Assembly (NCBI RefSeq): GCF_036321535.1
Contig: NC_087438.1
Span: 8,744,001-8,808,000, forward strand
From: Camelus dromedarius
Taxonomy: Eukaryota
Length of the DNA: 64,000 nt
Direction of reading: 5' to 3'
The position numbers were made by a program, and so were the translations under genes. Within the stretch, counting starts at the first letter, position 1. The number at the start of each line of letters is the position of its first letter. The notes below the pieces were generated by a model. That model was not told where the DNA came from, did not search any database, and worked only from the letters and a program-made list of their open reading frames with translations. Positions 11,396-25,759 of the stretch are shown in pieces.

Positions 11396-13539
11396 TGTTT
11401 CCTTAATTTAGCAAAATCCTGGTGAGATGTTTCCATGAGTTCTGTGATGTCTTATTCTTTTAAAGGAACTGTTCTTCAGCTCCTAGAGATTACTTGTAAC
11501 TTTCCTGAATTTGTAATCATTATGCAAAAAGCCCTTAACATTTAGATAAGATATTCAGTAACTGCTTAATGGTGACTACACACATACTTCTGTTTTTGAC
11601 TCTGATTCATCATCTCCTGATCGATTTTTTTTTTATATATAATTGAAGTACAAACATTCCTCTGATTTCAGTGTTAACCAATAATACACCTCTGGGCTTT
11701 GAAAAATGTGCATGCCAGTGATCTCTTTGCCTCTCTGTAATATTGCTGCCAATTCCTGGTGACTAAACTCAAGTCCACCAGGTAGTTTATGCTTCTAAAC
11801 TGATGCCAAAGCCCCCAAAAGTTATTGTGATTAATACAATTTAATTAATTAGTTGAGCCAGGCACACAGATCTAAAACTGAGCATAGATAGAAAAACAAA
11901 TTAGGTTATTTTAAAATAATGAATAAATTGTACTCTAAAAGTTTACATTTATTTTGGATTAAGAATGTCTCTTGTCAGGGGAACAATTTTGGGAATGAAG
12001 GTTAAGGTCATTTTCAAGGAATATTTATGGCGTAAGAGGAACGATCTCTAGATCTAGAAAGAGTTCTCCTAGTCTCTTGGGCCTGAATCCTTACTCTGCC
12101 AAGCATTGCACCCCCAAAATTTTGGTAAAACTTTATTTTAACCCAAATGATAAGTTGATTATCTAGGAAAAAGCCTGCAGTGTATATGGTAAACTAGAAT
12201 AGATCAGAAAAACCATTTCAGTTACATCAGTTTTGAATACAACCCCAACGTGGCAGAAGTAGTAAGAGAGATTGTCATTTAAAAAAGGAAAGGTATAAAA
12301 AAGTTAGTGTGGACCACTCAGCTGGAGGTTGATGTGTCAGATATGATCATTCTGGTTACTGTAATGAGATCAATGGTTAGAAAATAGTCATGCTTGGGGA
12401 AATTCTGGAATCTATCATAAAGCTGATAATGGCGGACCTCAAGAGTCTGAGACTACCAGACAGTAGTTGCTGAGAATTTAGAAGCAAAAAATATTTAGAT
12501 GTAGGTATTAAGTATATGGTAATACTGTTATTATACATTAGCTCAATATTTGCTTATTGGACCTGTTATTCATTATAGAAGAAAGTCTACCATTAAATTT
12601 AGGTGGAGTAAGTAATGGATCTTTAAAATTTACATTTGAGCTAACTCTGCAGTCCTGTGCTCTGTACATCTAATCATTTTCTTTATATTTGGACAACATA
12701 CATGTTATATAAATGTCAATAAATTATATTTAATATCTCTCTCCATTTAAGTCAAATACATGCTGAAGTGACTATCCTATGCATTGACAGTTTGGTTGTT
12801 ACATGTCCTTTATACCAGGGAAGCTACAGCTGACAGTGAAATTCTCAGATAAAACTTTAAAATGTTTAGATGAAACTAACACACAACCACACGCATGTGC
12901 GTGCTTGCTACACAGCACAGGCACACTGAGGAGCCAGAGGAAAGTCAGATCATCAACATGCTCAAACCCCATTCCTTCCTTGTCAGACACCCTTCAATAA
13001 CTTGGATATTTTCCTAGGTTAATTGTTCTGTCACTGGGGACTTCAGTTATAATTAGCTGGAAGGCACAGGTGGATGACTCATATTTAATTAAAATAATTA
13101 AATTATCAAAAATGACTAGAATTTGTAATAAACAAGCTAAAAAAGCATACATTTTAATTTATTTCATTTTATTTGAAGAAATGTCAGTACCTTTCATTTG
13201 GAAGAAGACTTGAATAGGGATAAAAGTGTTGACATAAATAATACAAGGTTCTGCTTAAATTTCTTTCATAAATAAGATAAAGAAGAGTAGAAAACAAACA
13301 CGATCTAGTGGCCAAGGAAGAACAGTGAACCAAAGGGCTGCTAGAAGTCAGCCTGGTGGGTCAAGGGCATCTTTTAAACCTGCAGTTTATGGTGATGTAG
13401 GTTGATCTCGCTAATTTATTGAAAACAGGATAGATTCTTGTTATGAATTATAAGTAAAAGGCTTTGTTTTACTCTACCCCAAAGTAATATTAACTAGAAA
13501 GCACATATGCTAGATTAGTCAACATGTTTGCTGTAAGAA

Positions 13540-14450
13540 ATCTGAAAAGAAGCTGCAGAGAGAAAGACATGGTATCTTCGAAGAAACAACAGGAAGGAGA
13601 CAACTGATGTCCATACAGAAGTCCGGGAAGCTAAAGAATGCAGAATGCCATCTACAAAGGGTGAAAACCAGGCATCTGTCAACTTCAAATTCCAAAGGCA
13701 TCAAAATATCATTCAAATAGGAAAGATAAAAAAAGACATTTTCAGGAAGATAAAATTGAAGAGAATTTGTTATTAGCAGAGCTTTATTAAATAAATATGT
13801 TTTTAATGGAGAAAGGTAATAATACTGGATGGGAAGTTGAAGATGCATATTTGAAAGAAGAGCATGGGAGATGGCAAAGGTATCAATAACAAGTGAATAT
13901 TTTCTGTTAGAAACGATGTTGATAATGACTTGTGGAGTTAAAGTAAAGAGAATTAAATTGCATGACAAAAGTCAGTTGTGAGTCAAGAGGACAAATGAAA
14001 TTAAACTGGTTGACGATAGTGATCAGGCAATGGCCTGCGGTGGGAAGTAGTCAAAGTACTAAACTGACAAGGCAAGGATGTCTGTTATAATTTCTGAGTA
14101 GTCACTTAAAAGCATAGTAAATGAGTCTTGTAACCTCATACACTTTATAAATCCACCAAGCCAACAGGAGAGTAAAATAGAATGACGAAAAACAATCAAA
14201 CCAAGAGAAGTCAAAGAACAGAGAACCGAATAAGGAACGCAGGACTAAGAGAAAGGGAGGTGAATTTATTTCCAAATAAGAAGTTAGTTAAATACAAATG
14301 GACCAGATGCCCTAATTGTCCTAAAGGACAATCTTATCAGCTTGGAGGCGTGCATCTAGAATGTAGAGAGTAAGACATTTGAAAATACCAAACAGCACAG
14401 ATCGAGACATTAACAGGATTGCACTGACATAAATCTCCTCAGAGCACTAA
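13540..14450 (+). mobile_element. Old L1 ORF1/inter-ORF fragment
   Basis: ataaaaaaagacattttcagg...gagaatttgttattagcaga...ggagaaaggtaataatactggatgggaa. Confidence 0.6.
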
Positions 14451-14599
14451 CTAAAGGACATGGACCCACATATTTCTAAAATTTGCCCAAAAAGCATTAG
14501 GTGAACTTCCACTGTACACTTTCTCCAAAAGTACAGAGTATGAACAATTACATGTAACATTCTAGATCTAAATCTACAGCAGTTTACGAGAAATATCAA

Positions 14600-14790
14600 C
14601 TTTCATCTTCCATTTGAATTCAATATTTTCAGGCTGAATTATTCTCCCCTCCCAATTTCTCATCTGGCTCCTATCACATTCTCTGTATCATTTAACAGCA
14701 TCATTCACCCAGTACCCAAAGCTAGAAACTTGAGTGCAACAACAAATACTTCTTTTTACCTCCAGCCTCGTCACTCCCTCAAAACCATTT
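14600..14790 (+). mobile_element. L2 fragment
   Basis: cagcatcattcacccagtacccaaagctagaaacttgagt. Confidence 0.5.
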
Positions 14791-17434
14791 CTAACGACTC
14801 TTCAGCCTACTGATCTCACTTGGAGTTATCTCAATCAGGGAGCTGTCATAATAGCTTTGAGTGAGGCTCTGAAGAAAAGGGATATGAGTCTCAACCTGTT
14901 CACTTCCTAGCAACGTTCCCACCCATTTACTTGCAGTATTTGAAATCTGCACGCAAAAATATGCATAGCGGGAATGCCTTTGTCAAGTTAAAACCTTATC
15001 TCCCAACATATGGGGAAGTGTGATCCTTTTAATGAGGATTTCAACTTACATCAACATGAAATATAAAATAAATAACTGTATCTCTTTGATTTTATAGTGA
15101 CAGGGAAAGTAAGATATACGGTGTGCATATACGCATAAATGCATGTAGGCGTATGTGTGAAAATCTTATGGCATAATTTTGAAGATGTCAAAATGAGAAA
15201 AAGAAATTCCATGGAAAGCTGTCCCCCTGAGAGATCATCCACTTTTGTTACTTCTAAGACTGTGAGTAGGTGGAGTCCCAGGGGAAGCTTTTATCTGATT
15301 CCCATGCACATGCATGCACTTGTCGGTCTGATAATTCTACTCGGTCATTCAGCAAAATGTGAATAAACTGAACAAGCTTAGCATCAAATTAATATTCTCA
15401 TCAATACCCAGCCCAGTTCCATGCCAAGTGATCTCTTAGGCGGATCAGCATTGCTGCTTCCTCCTCACTCACACTGCGGGGATTGTATTATCCTCCATTC
15501 TCATGGCCGATGTCAAGTTGTTCTCGGGACCACAATTATTTTGTGCACGTGCTGCCCTCACCAAATTATGTTTTTTTTGAGACTCTAATGGGACCCATAC
15601 CACTGCATATGATGTCCATATAATATATAGTATGGTTATAAAGTTGAATAAAGTTATATAACTTGGAATTTTCAGGCGATTAATAAAAATAGTCAATTTG
15701 TGTACCATGATACTTCCTGGCAACCCTGTCACTTTCAAATCTGCTCTCAAATCATGAGACAGGAGAGCATTCCTTCACTGCACTGGATTCATTTTATTTA
15801 AGAATGACCATTCAATATCTAGGTCAAATCTCTCTGTTTCTCTCTGTCTCTCTGTGTCTGTCTGTCTTTCTGTTTCTCTTTTACTACCACCTCTAACCCA
15901 GGAACACATAAACACGGACAGACATATGCATACAGAGAGAGAGAGAGAATCACAAGAAACTTTAATTAAGTAAATCTAGCATTACAGTGAACACTATAAA
16001 AAAGGAAATAATACAAAATAGTAAAATAATCTAGGGAAAGGAAAGAAAGATAGATGTGGAAGAAAGTGAAATACTATCTTTCTTTCTTCTAATCTCTTTT
16101 TGTCCTCTCCATTATAATTACAACATACATGTGAATATCCATTATACCAATTCATTAGATTTAATGAGCTAGATAACTTTTCAATGTTAGAGAAACAATT
16201 ATGCCATAAATACACATTTTGCAAAGTCATATTTCACGTTCAGGGAAACAAAATTAATTCCTTTCATTGATATTAGCACTGAAGACATTTAGTGTACAAA
16301 TTGCAACTCCATTTTTAAAAATACATTCATTGTAGTTATTGGACTGATCTATTTCTTATATAACCTGTAGTGCTAGAGTGTCTGAAGGAAGGTATGTTTA
16401 AAAAAGTAGGTATCCAACAAATCTTTAAAAAATCCCCTCTTTCTCTCTATCTTTCCTTCTCTCTCTCTTTCTCATTAAAATTGGTTGAGTAAAACATGGC
16501 TGCCTTTCCTGACTTAGATTGACAAGGTGTCCGAGTTTTGATGAATTGTTTAAATGTGAATATGGTTGCAATGTAAGTAGGAGGAAAGGTAGAAAGCCTT
16601 GGGAAAATGGAATGTCTTCTTGAATATAAAGTAAGCGATGCTGCTATTACAAAACGGATATAGAGAAAGATATGAAATAATTACTAGGGAAACCAATCAT
16701 AATGGAAACTGCTAAAAAATGAATATTTTATATGCAATCAACAACCCTCCAGATCATGTGTGTAGTCCACTAGGGACTGCTAAGACAGTCCTCAGGTTGT
16801 AATATAGCCACTGCTGGGGTAGAATTGAGACAGGATTTGAGACTAGTATATCAAATATGCCTTGCAAGGCGAAGGGTAATTTCCTTTAGTTTTGGAAATT
16901 ACCGTAACAGTTTAGTTGCTATAAAGTCACTACTGCAGTGAGCGCTGGGGCAATCGATGGTAATCCCATGTATATCCTTTGTTTTAGGAAAAAAGTAAGA
17001 TGATTTATTGCTTTAAAATTGGTTCACTTGTAATTCCCAGTCAATTTCTCCCATAAAACCTGAATGCAGCAATACACTAAGGAGTGCTTTGTAAATGTCA
17101 AGGTATAACGCTAACATTTGATTGCAGTTATTATAATTATTTCTCAAACTCTGGAATGTGAGAGGTTTCTATTGCCAGTAAAAATTATTGTCACGGTATG
17201 CAAATGTAAGAGAATATTAAATAATTATACCGTTATTTACAGGCCTCTTTTGGTGGCAAAAAACATTACTTCATTTTTTCAGATTAAGTGTACCCGTACA
17301 ACTTGTACAGTTTTAGAAGGCTTACATGGAGAATTGCACACCTACAAAAAGTGTACTTAGAACAATGTACTGTGTACCCTGAAATTCCTACTAAGTTTCA
17401 CGGGGGAAATGTTTCATCTGAGATTGGTTGGGTC

Positions 17435-17580
17435 TTTTTTTTTTAATTATTTTATTTATTTATTTTTATTTTTTATGTATTTTTATTGTTTTAACATTTT
17501 TTATTGAGTTATAGTCAGTTTACAATGCTGTGTCAGATTCCAGTGTAGAGCACAATTTTTCAGTTATACATGAACATGCA
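17435..17580 (-). mobile_element. Short young L1 3' end
   Basis: T-rich head, then ttttattgagttatagtcagtttacaatgctgtgtcagattccagtgtagagcacaatttttcagttatacatg. Same family as 214 and 55021. Confidence 0.85.
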
Positions 17581-18068
17581 TTTTCACTCTTCAGTCTTTG
17601 AAGTTCTTTATATTATTATGTTTAAGAATGATCTTATTCTTTAACTGCCTTCAAAGCCTAGAACTGACTAAATTTTCTATCAACCAATATTTCAAGCTAA
17701 ATCCTCAATCAGTTCCTTCTGTTTTGACCTTTGCACAAACACCTCCACCCAACCTATCAAAGTAATTAATTGAGCATGATTTAAATTTAGACCGTATGGT
17801 ACTTATCTAGAAAGCCTTAAAATTCATTTCCAACCAACCTGTTGATAATTTAAAATTTGATTTGGTTTGCTAATGGTATATCTTGGTCTTACAATAATTA
17901 TTTGTTAGATAAACCATAACACCAAATAATTTAAATTATTCAGTGACTGGACTCCCCAGTAGTTTGATTTAACTTCAGTGAGGATTTTGGAATAAAATCT
18001 ATTGCCTTCTTCCTCTTAAAACAAATCCACTGGTCCTTTCAAGAAGCATTTTACAAACTACAATGTTC

Positions 18069-18109
<41 letters not shown>
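18069..18109. repeat. (AAC)n microsatellite, about 13 units
   Basis: Direct reading. Confidence 0.95.
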
Positions 18110-18449
18110 CCACCAGAGCTTCATGTCTACTTACTTCTGTTTCATTTTTATTTGCTTCCGGAAAGGAGAATCTATAGTAAAGTCAACTTGAACAATTCTT
18201 TAAGGAAGAATTGTTTAAGGAAGACAGTTTAAAGAACTTATGATTTATGGGATGCTTCTGGAATTATTTTATCTAAGTAATAGAAGTTTGATCAGTCACT
18301 TCATCTGAGAATATAAGCAGTGTTTCTCTTGTCTCATCTATGAAACTCAGGCTATCAGACACTTCCTGTGCTACACCTCACTTCCGATCAGTCTCCCATG
18401 TCCTCACTCTGCTGTATCAACTAACTTCACAGAGATAACCCAGCAGCAC

Positions 18450-18887
18450 CTTGTCTCAGCCGCATCACGTGTCTAAGGCTGCCAGTCCGGGATCTTCTCT
18501 GCTGCTGGGGCCTGGGGTCACTGGGATCCAGCTCTTCACTGACCCACACAGGTATCCAGAGATGTCTGTGAGCCCATGAGCCAGCCCTCGACCACTGGGA
18601 AACTGTAGTGGGTACCAGTGAATAAATACTCACCTCTCTGTCTCATCCCTAGTGGATTCTGTGATGTAATCTCCATGGCTCCTCGTGGCATCATCCCAGT
18701 AGGGTCAAGCCCCACTTGCTCTCAGTAGTGATCAGCTTGAAAGACAAACCATTGAATTGGTTTTCCAACTTTCCATGTCTTAGTCTTCCCAATTTCCTGC
18801 TTCGATTCCTTGGTATCAAGTCCCCAAATAAATTACTCATCTACAAGCCCAAGCCCTTCTTTCTGGGAGAAAACCAGGCTGAGACTG
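18450..18887 (+). mobile_element. ERVL-class LTR (LTR16/LTR33-like)
   Basis: gaataaatactcacctctct...gtgatcagcttga...cccaaataaattact...gggagaaaaccaggctgagac. Confidence 0.55.
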
Positions 18888-19034
18888 TCATTGTATGTTT
18901 CTTTCCTGCTGTTTTCTTTTGTGTCTTATGAATTTTTTTCATATTTTCTCAACTTCTCCAATCTTCTTAAAATGTTTTTCTTTCATTTTCATTTGACATC
19001 CTATCTTTTGGGAGATAAAAATAATTTGCATTTA

Positions 19035-19348
19035 TAAGGGGGCATCACAAGAGAAACTTATGATGATGGAAATGTTCCATATCTTGACTGTGGTGGTGAA
19101 TATGCAGATAAGTTTATAAAATTGAGCAGAACTAAATGCACACAAGTATCAATGCAAGTAAAATCCAAATAAGACCTGTGGATTGCTTCAGTGTCAATAT
19201 AATGGTTGTGATTTTATTTTATAGCTCTGCAAGATGTTACCTTTGGAGGAAACTGGTAAAAGACACAGGGGATTTCCCTGTATAGTTACTTACAACTTCA
19301 TGTGAACCTACAATTATCTCAATAAACACTTAATTAAAGAAAAAAAAA
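19035..19348 (+). mobile_element. Old L1 (L1MC/MD-like) 3' end
   Basis: gatggaaatgttccatatcttgactgtggtggtg...tgcaagatgttacctttggaggaaactgg...tgtgaacctacaattatctcaataaa, followed by an A tail. Confidence 0.8.
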
Positions 19349-22179
19349 TCTTGCTTTTCTTTAACTATAGCCACTCAATTTACACACCCCTATGAACTGC
19401 ATTCTTTTAGCAGGTTAATAACCAGGTTAAATACTTATATATACATTTGTAAGAGTATCTCATTTAAATAATGAAGTCATATTCAAAAGCCTATTCAGCT
19501 TTTAATTAAAAGCCATCTGTTAACTTCTGTGCTTTGAACAACCTAGAATCTAATAGGAATAGTTACGTATTTTATATATAGGATTAAATTAAATTGAAAG
19601 GGCATTCTCATTTAGAGCTTTTAATATTTATTAAGAAGGAAAGCATTGCTAAGCTGTTTGATCAGTGCTAACAAGTTTTACCGTCTATAAAGGAAGTTGT
19701 ATCAGATATGTTTAGGTTCTAGCTTTTAATTTTCTTTTATTTGTATATTTTTCATAAGAACGTCTGTGCTCAGTTAAACTCACTAGAGTGGTTTTCAAAT
19801 GGAAAATATGATTGACTGTCTACATTTGGAAAAAAAAAATTATATCCTAAGGATGTGTTAGTCACCTACCTGTCTCTTACGAGCCCAGTTCAGGGACTGA
19901 ATTTATACTATGTAAAAATGATGCTCTCTTGATCCTTAAAAGCAAGTTAAGTGTATAACTCAACAACAGTTCTACATGCAATGCATTATAATTTTAAAGA
20001 CCTTCTTTCTTCAGAATTATTTGTCACAACACAGGACAACTTTAGAAGTGAAGGAAATGAAAAAAAATTAACTGGCCCAGTGCTTTCTTTCATTTTGTCT
20101 GTATAAAAGCACGTCTGTTACCTTTCTCTGTAAGTGCTTATGCCTCTCCACCCCAACACATGTCTCATCCACAACGTTGACATTCGTCATCTTTCTCAAA
20201 TGCTACCTTTCCCTGTTTTAGTTACCCTTGGCCTATACCTTGACCTTCTGCTGCCTGTCTCAATAAATTCAGAACACCAGCATTTACCTGCAGCAAATGT
20301 GAATGGTTCCCCCAGAAATATAGCCTCCAATAAAAACCAAAGCCAAAGGAGAGAGAAAGGTGAGGTCGAGTATAATTTTCTCATCACAGCCTCCCTTCGC
20401 TTTTTCGTTTTGGCCTTAGACAATCTGTTGACCTCTGTCTATTTTTATGGCTGGATTAATTCTGCTGTTTCAATGAGTCTGAATGTGCAGAATCATATGG
20501 TGGGGATGACCTTAAAAAGTGCTAACCTCCAAAAAGATTATGTGAAAAAATGGTAAAAAAAAAAAAAATGAGACTTACAGACCAAGAAAATACCTTATGG
20601 ATGGCTTTACTCAACTTTCTAACTTTATAAAGGGGAAGCTGGTGAAAGAACAGATGAATGATATTATGTTGGGCTTGTATCCCTCCAGTGTTGGCTGTCA
20701 AATCCTCTACGCCTTGCTTCAGCAGAACTGCAGACCCAAGGTCATCGATATCCCCAAATGGGTGGAAGTATCAGAGATCCTAGAACAAGCGCTGAACAAT
20801 TCAAATTCAAATTCAAATTAGAATTTCTAATGCTGAAGTTTTGTGTATCCGTCTACCAGCCACTGAGTGTTGGGGTTTTACCCTATTGCCAGGTCCCTGC
20901 TTTGTGCATTGCAATAGTTAGTGACCTGGTGACTTTCTCCCCTGCTACCGGAATCTTTCCTTTGTTTCCCTCTATGAGGTCCTTCAGATTTTGGTCCTGT
21001 CTTTCTCACTTTTGGTCTTGCTCTTCTCACGAACTCCCTATGGCCTGTGAAGGACCCATAATTCTCATCTCCTTTGGATGAAACATACTGCTTGTCCCCG
21101 GACTCCTGGGTGTTGACAACCTAACTACTCTGAGAGCTTCTTCCCAGAAAGTCTTTCCACCTCTGTGGACCTGTATGGGGCCGGGACTGCCCTCTTGGAT
21201 GGGGATGTAGCTAAGGGAATTCCACGAATATCTTACAGTCTGGGGACACTAATCTTTGAGAAATCTATCCTTGGGTTTAGATATCTATCTAAAAGGTGTT
21301 TTCTATCCTGTCTAGCTTAACAGGTCCCCTTCTGACCATCCCGGTCAAATTCAATCTCAAATTTCTATTTTGGGGATTGCGAGGGAGGAGCTGGGCATGA
21401 GAAAATCCGGTATGTGAAAGTAACACTTTCAAATGGAGAAAGACAATTAAAGCAATTGTTTGAAAAAGGACAATTGTATTCTCCTGATTCCATTAACTGC
21501 CTTCTCTTACTCTTTTACTTCCAGGAGTGCCTTAGTCATATTCAGCTCCCAAAACTATTTTCCTTAAGCACAGTAACTGTGATAGTATTATTTTCTGGTT
21601 GCTGATCTTTGCTTTTTAAAATATCACACCATAGTTAGTATTGCACAAGACACATAAGAGGCACTTGAGAAGTAACTGCCCTTTCTAACTGAGTTCTATG
21701 GCATATAAATGAAAAAAACATAAACATGCTTTATTATCTCTCAAGCACCAGGCAAATGTAAAATATAAAACCTTCCTATGCTGAACCACACAGATGTAAT
21801 ACAAACCAAGGAATGTAACAAACATGAAATGTAATTATTTTGGATATAGCAATTTTAATATTTACTATGGAGGATGATTAACCAATATTTTCTGGTTTTT
21901 CCTTTATGCTTCATTTTAATCTGTAATTCTCACTAGTTAATCAAAAGACAAGGGGAAAACTTTGTAGAAAAATAGTGGTACCTAGTAGAAAATGCAATCA
22001 ATTTGTATTTTTTATTTAACAACTTGCCAATTGGCAGATACATTTACATTGTTACAGAACATACTCTTATAGAACAAAATGTATTTATTTTATATATATA
22101 TAGTATATTGATTTTTAACTCTTAAAAAGTTTGCATAATTACAAGCACTAATGAGCAATGAGAATGTACTGGAACTGCA

Positions 22180-22440
22180 CACACTAAGGTAGATAAATAT
22201 TGTCAACTTAATGTTGAACAAAAGAAGCTGAACTCAAAAGTGAACATACTGTGCTATTCCACTAATGAGAAGGTCAAACGCACACAAAACGTACCCAGGG
22301 TCCTAGAGGTTAGGATAGTGGTTGCCCTATGGGGGGAGAGTAATGCCTGGAATTATGGTAATATTCTGTTCCTTGATCTGGTTGCAGGTTTCCTTGGTGC
22401 ACTTATTTTGTGAAAGTTTATTAAGCTCATGTAACTTATA
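22180..22440 (+). mobile_element. L1ME-like 3' fragment
   Basis: aatgttgaacaaaagaagc...ggatagtggttgccc...atattctgttccttgatctgg. Confidence 0.65.
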
Positions 22441-24044
22441 CACAGATGTCCTACTAGATGTCTAGCTCATTTTGCTTATGGTTTTCAAGCTGAATCCTGA
22501 TTAATGGGAAGTGTGTGTTTTGATAAGGGTATACCAAATAATTAGGGTTTATGTGAGTTACTGTTTTAAGCTCTATTAGAACCAAAACAGGCTGGTTTTG
22601 TGCTTATTGGAAGCAAGCAGATTTGTCTGAATTCATGAATCATTGTCGAAGCTGAGTGAATTATCTTCAGCGAATACAAACAACCTTGTGATAGTCATAA
22701 ATGTCTTCTTGTTTTGAGTGGGAGGCCGGGGATTGGAATAGTGTCACAAGCAGTCATTTGAGGTTAACAGAAACCACATTTGTGTTTCTCAAACACTGCT
22801 TACCTTGCTGTGCCATATTTTTCCCCATAACTTAATTGAAAGATAATAACCATAATGTTATAATTAAAGGCCACACATAGAGTAGCTGCTTTGTGTAAAA
22901 AACAACTTTGACACTTAATTACCTACCTAGAGCTGTAATTACATTAGAATCATGGCATAAATACTATTTATAGAATGCCTCATGTGTCTCTTTGGATTAT
23001 TGGGAAAAAGAAAAACAATTATTCCTCTTTCTTTATGTCTTTTCTCCCTACCTGTCAAAAGTGGTAACCGCAAAAAAAAAAAAAAAAAGAGAGAGAGAGA
23101 GAAAGACAAAAGGAAAATGTCTCTTAAAAAAACTTTACTTTTATGATTTTATACAAAAATCAGTCAGCATAGCACCCAACAACACTTCTGTTCCTTGAAA
23201 CGCCTTTCAGTTTTAGAAAATGTGGCTTAGTGCTCATGAAAATGAAAGATTCAAAGCAATGACTAATACAAAAATTTTTTCCAGGCAGTTATTCTGTTAC
23301 CATAGAAGAATATTGCCTAATGATTGAAAACATATATATTGCAACTTTATAGGGAACCACTGTAAATTTTTTTATCTTTCAATGGACCTTAATCTCAACC
23401 CCCAAGCCTAAAGTAAGTAGTTGGCCATAAATAAGCTTTCAGAGTGCCGACAGAAAATATAACAGTGAGATTACCCTCAGTGACTGCTTTTCTCTAAAAC
23501 TTTAAATAAAAATAAATTTCTCAGAAAGACTTTTCCTAATCCAAAATTTCATTACTTAGATTTCTATTGGCCAGTTGCCTAGCATGTGAATGTAATGATT
23601 TAGGCATTTAGAGAATAGAAGTTCAGCCGGTTAATTTTATTAGTGAAATTTGAGAGAGTAATAATAATATTTGTTGAGAGAAACTGTAAGGCAGTGGTAA
23701 AAAATGGATGTATATAGCTGAGAGTACCCTTAATTTTTACCCAAATGGATAGAATAAATTCCTCATGTGATATCATTTATATTCTTTTTTGAGGGAAAAT
23801 GGCTGATACAGAATTTGATTAAATAATAAATTATATCAAAAAAGCTACTTAAATAAAAAGAATTCAGGCAGTGTATTCTACTTGTCAATTTTTTTTGTAT
23901 AAGAATTTAATCACATAAAAACATCAATTTGTTTATATGTGTAAAAACACCCTAAATTGATAACAATAATTTTTTCAGTCCTGTGTATTTTTAATTAATT
24001 ACTTAAATTGAAGTCCAGTCTTTACTGGTCAGTTTCTATCTGGA

Positions 24045-24190
24045 TGATGTGAATGCCAATCCCAGCTGCCAGCTGTGTGGCCCTTTAGAGCTCAGACCAT
24101 TTTCCACACCTCAGGTGGCTCACCTGTGAAATTAACAAGAGTGTGGACCAAATTGTCTACAATGTTCTCTCTATTTCCAAAAGTCTAAGA
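24045..24190 (+). mobile_element. MIR/MIR3 fragment
   Basis: aatcccagctgccagctgtgtggcc...cctcag...ctcacctgtgaaat. Confidence 0.55.
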
Positions 24191-24879
24191 TGCCATTTCA
24201 TTTTTTTCTTATTTTTAATCCGTTTTAACGGAATGCGTCATTGACCACATGGCATGGCTTACACCATATTCTTCGACAGCAGAGAAAACGTGGAGTGTTT
24301 TCTCTCTCTGTTCATGTGACGTTTTAAAGGAGAGGCTGGATAGAAGAGTATGGGGTAGAAAGAAGTGTACCGTATAACCAGTCCATGTGAGTGGTATTTG
24401 TAATAATTCAACTCTCCTGCTATGTTGCTGCATCTGATTATCTCTCCTTCGCCTTCCAGCAAAAGCTACCACCTAGGAATGAGTGCACATATTACATATT
24501 AATATTATATGTTTAAAACGATCGTATTTTCAGTGTTTTCCTTTGACCAATTTAGCCTTTCTTAAAAAACAGCTTTATCGAAGTGTAAATGACATACAAT
24601 AAACTACTGTTTTAAGCTTACAATTTGATAAGTTTGAGGTATGTTGACTCTGGATGGTGGTGATGATTTTACAGGTGTAACTGTTGTTCAAAACTGGATC
24701 TCTTCTAGTCTGATCTGATTTAGTCTTCTTTCTACTGTAACTGTCTGCCTCCTTGGTTCACTCAGTAAACAATCATATAAAGTTTATTAAGAAAAATATT
24801 CAATTTAACAAATCTGCATTGGGAATGTATATAATCCATAGACAAGTCAGGGTTATCCATTTAAAGTTATTACATAATT

Positions 24880-25740
24880 ATCTATTCATTATTTGATTTA
24901 CTCAACAAATATTTCTTTCATTATGAGCCAGGAGCCCTGCTCGACATCAGAATATTACTAAATGGAATGAGAATAGGCTGTAGTCTCTCTGACCTTATAA
25001 TTTAATTGGAGATACAGGATATATAGTTTAGTTGGCAACATAGTTTAACTGAAGATTGAAGCAATAGACTGGGAGATATGATGTAATAGATGCGCTTTCA
25101 GAATAACACGAGGGTCTTTTCCCAATTTTGTGGGAGGCTTCCTAGAGGAAATGATGTCTGAAAACAAGTGGGATCTATCCACTGAAAGGAGGCATATGTG
25201 TGCGTGTTCAGAGAAGAGGGGACTGAATTTACAAGATCCCCAAGGAGAAACAGACTATGAAACTCACATGTAACTCAGCACATCAGGACCAGGGAGTTAA
25301 GCGTTGACCAGAATTTGGAACACACTGCCCCTGGTAGTTCATCTTAAAACACTTCATCTGGAAAAGACAAGATGAAGCTTTGGTTGTAATAAAATCCCAG
25401 TGATCATTTTGAGACTTGTGGCTTGACTCTATGTGTAATATGATATTAACTTAAATTAGATGAATGAAATTGTGAAGCAAACAAATTCAAGAAGTTATTT
25501 ATGAGCTCAGTATAGTAGGACTTAAAACAGAGGAGACTGAAGAAGAGGGAAGGCTCTGGTGAAGAATGAAAACCAAAGCCACTGCTCAGGTTTCTGGTTT
25601 ATCCAAGGGCTAGATCATGATGTTACTAATAGAATTAAGGCTTGTTGGGGAAGGTGAGGGTTTAGTTTGTTTGATCCGTTGTGTATTTGAGTTGACAGGT
25701 CTAGGGAATATTAGATGCTTGGGTTTAAAGCTCATAAAGC
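24880..25740 (-). mobile_element. L2 3' portion
   Basis: attcattatttgatttactcaacaaatattt...ggaggcttcctagaggaaatgatgtctg...ctcaggtttctgg. Confidence 0.65.
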
Positions 25741-25759
25741 TGGATTGATGATTTCAGTC

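Noticed and set aside
13519..13968. Longest ORF (149 aa, minus strand)
   Set aside because: Antisense to a decayed L1 ORF1 region, with low-information composition.
20134..20556. 140-aa ORF
   Set aside because: Non-ATG start, no recognisable domain and no convincing splice signals.
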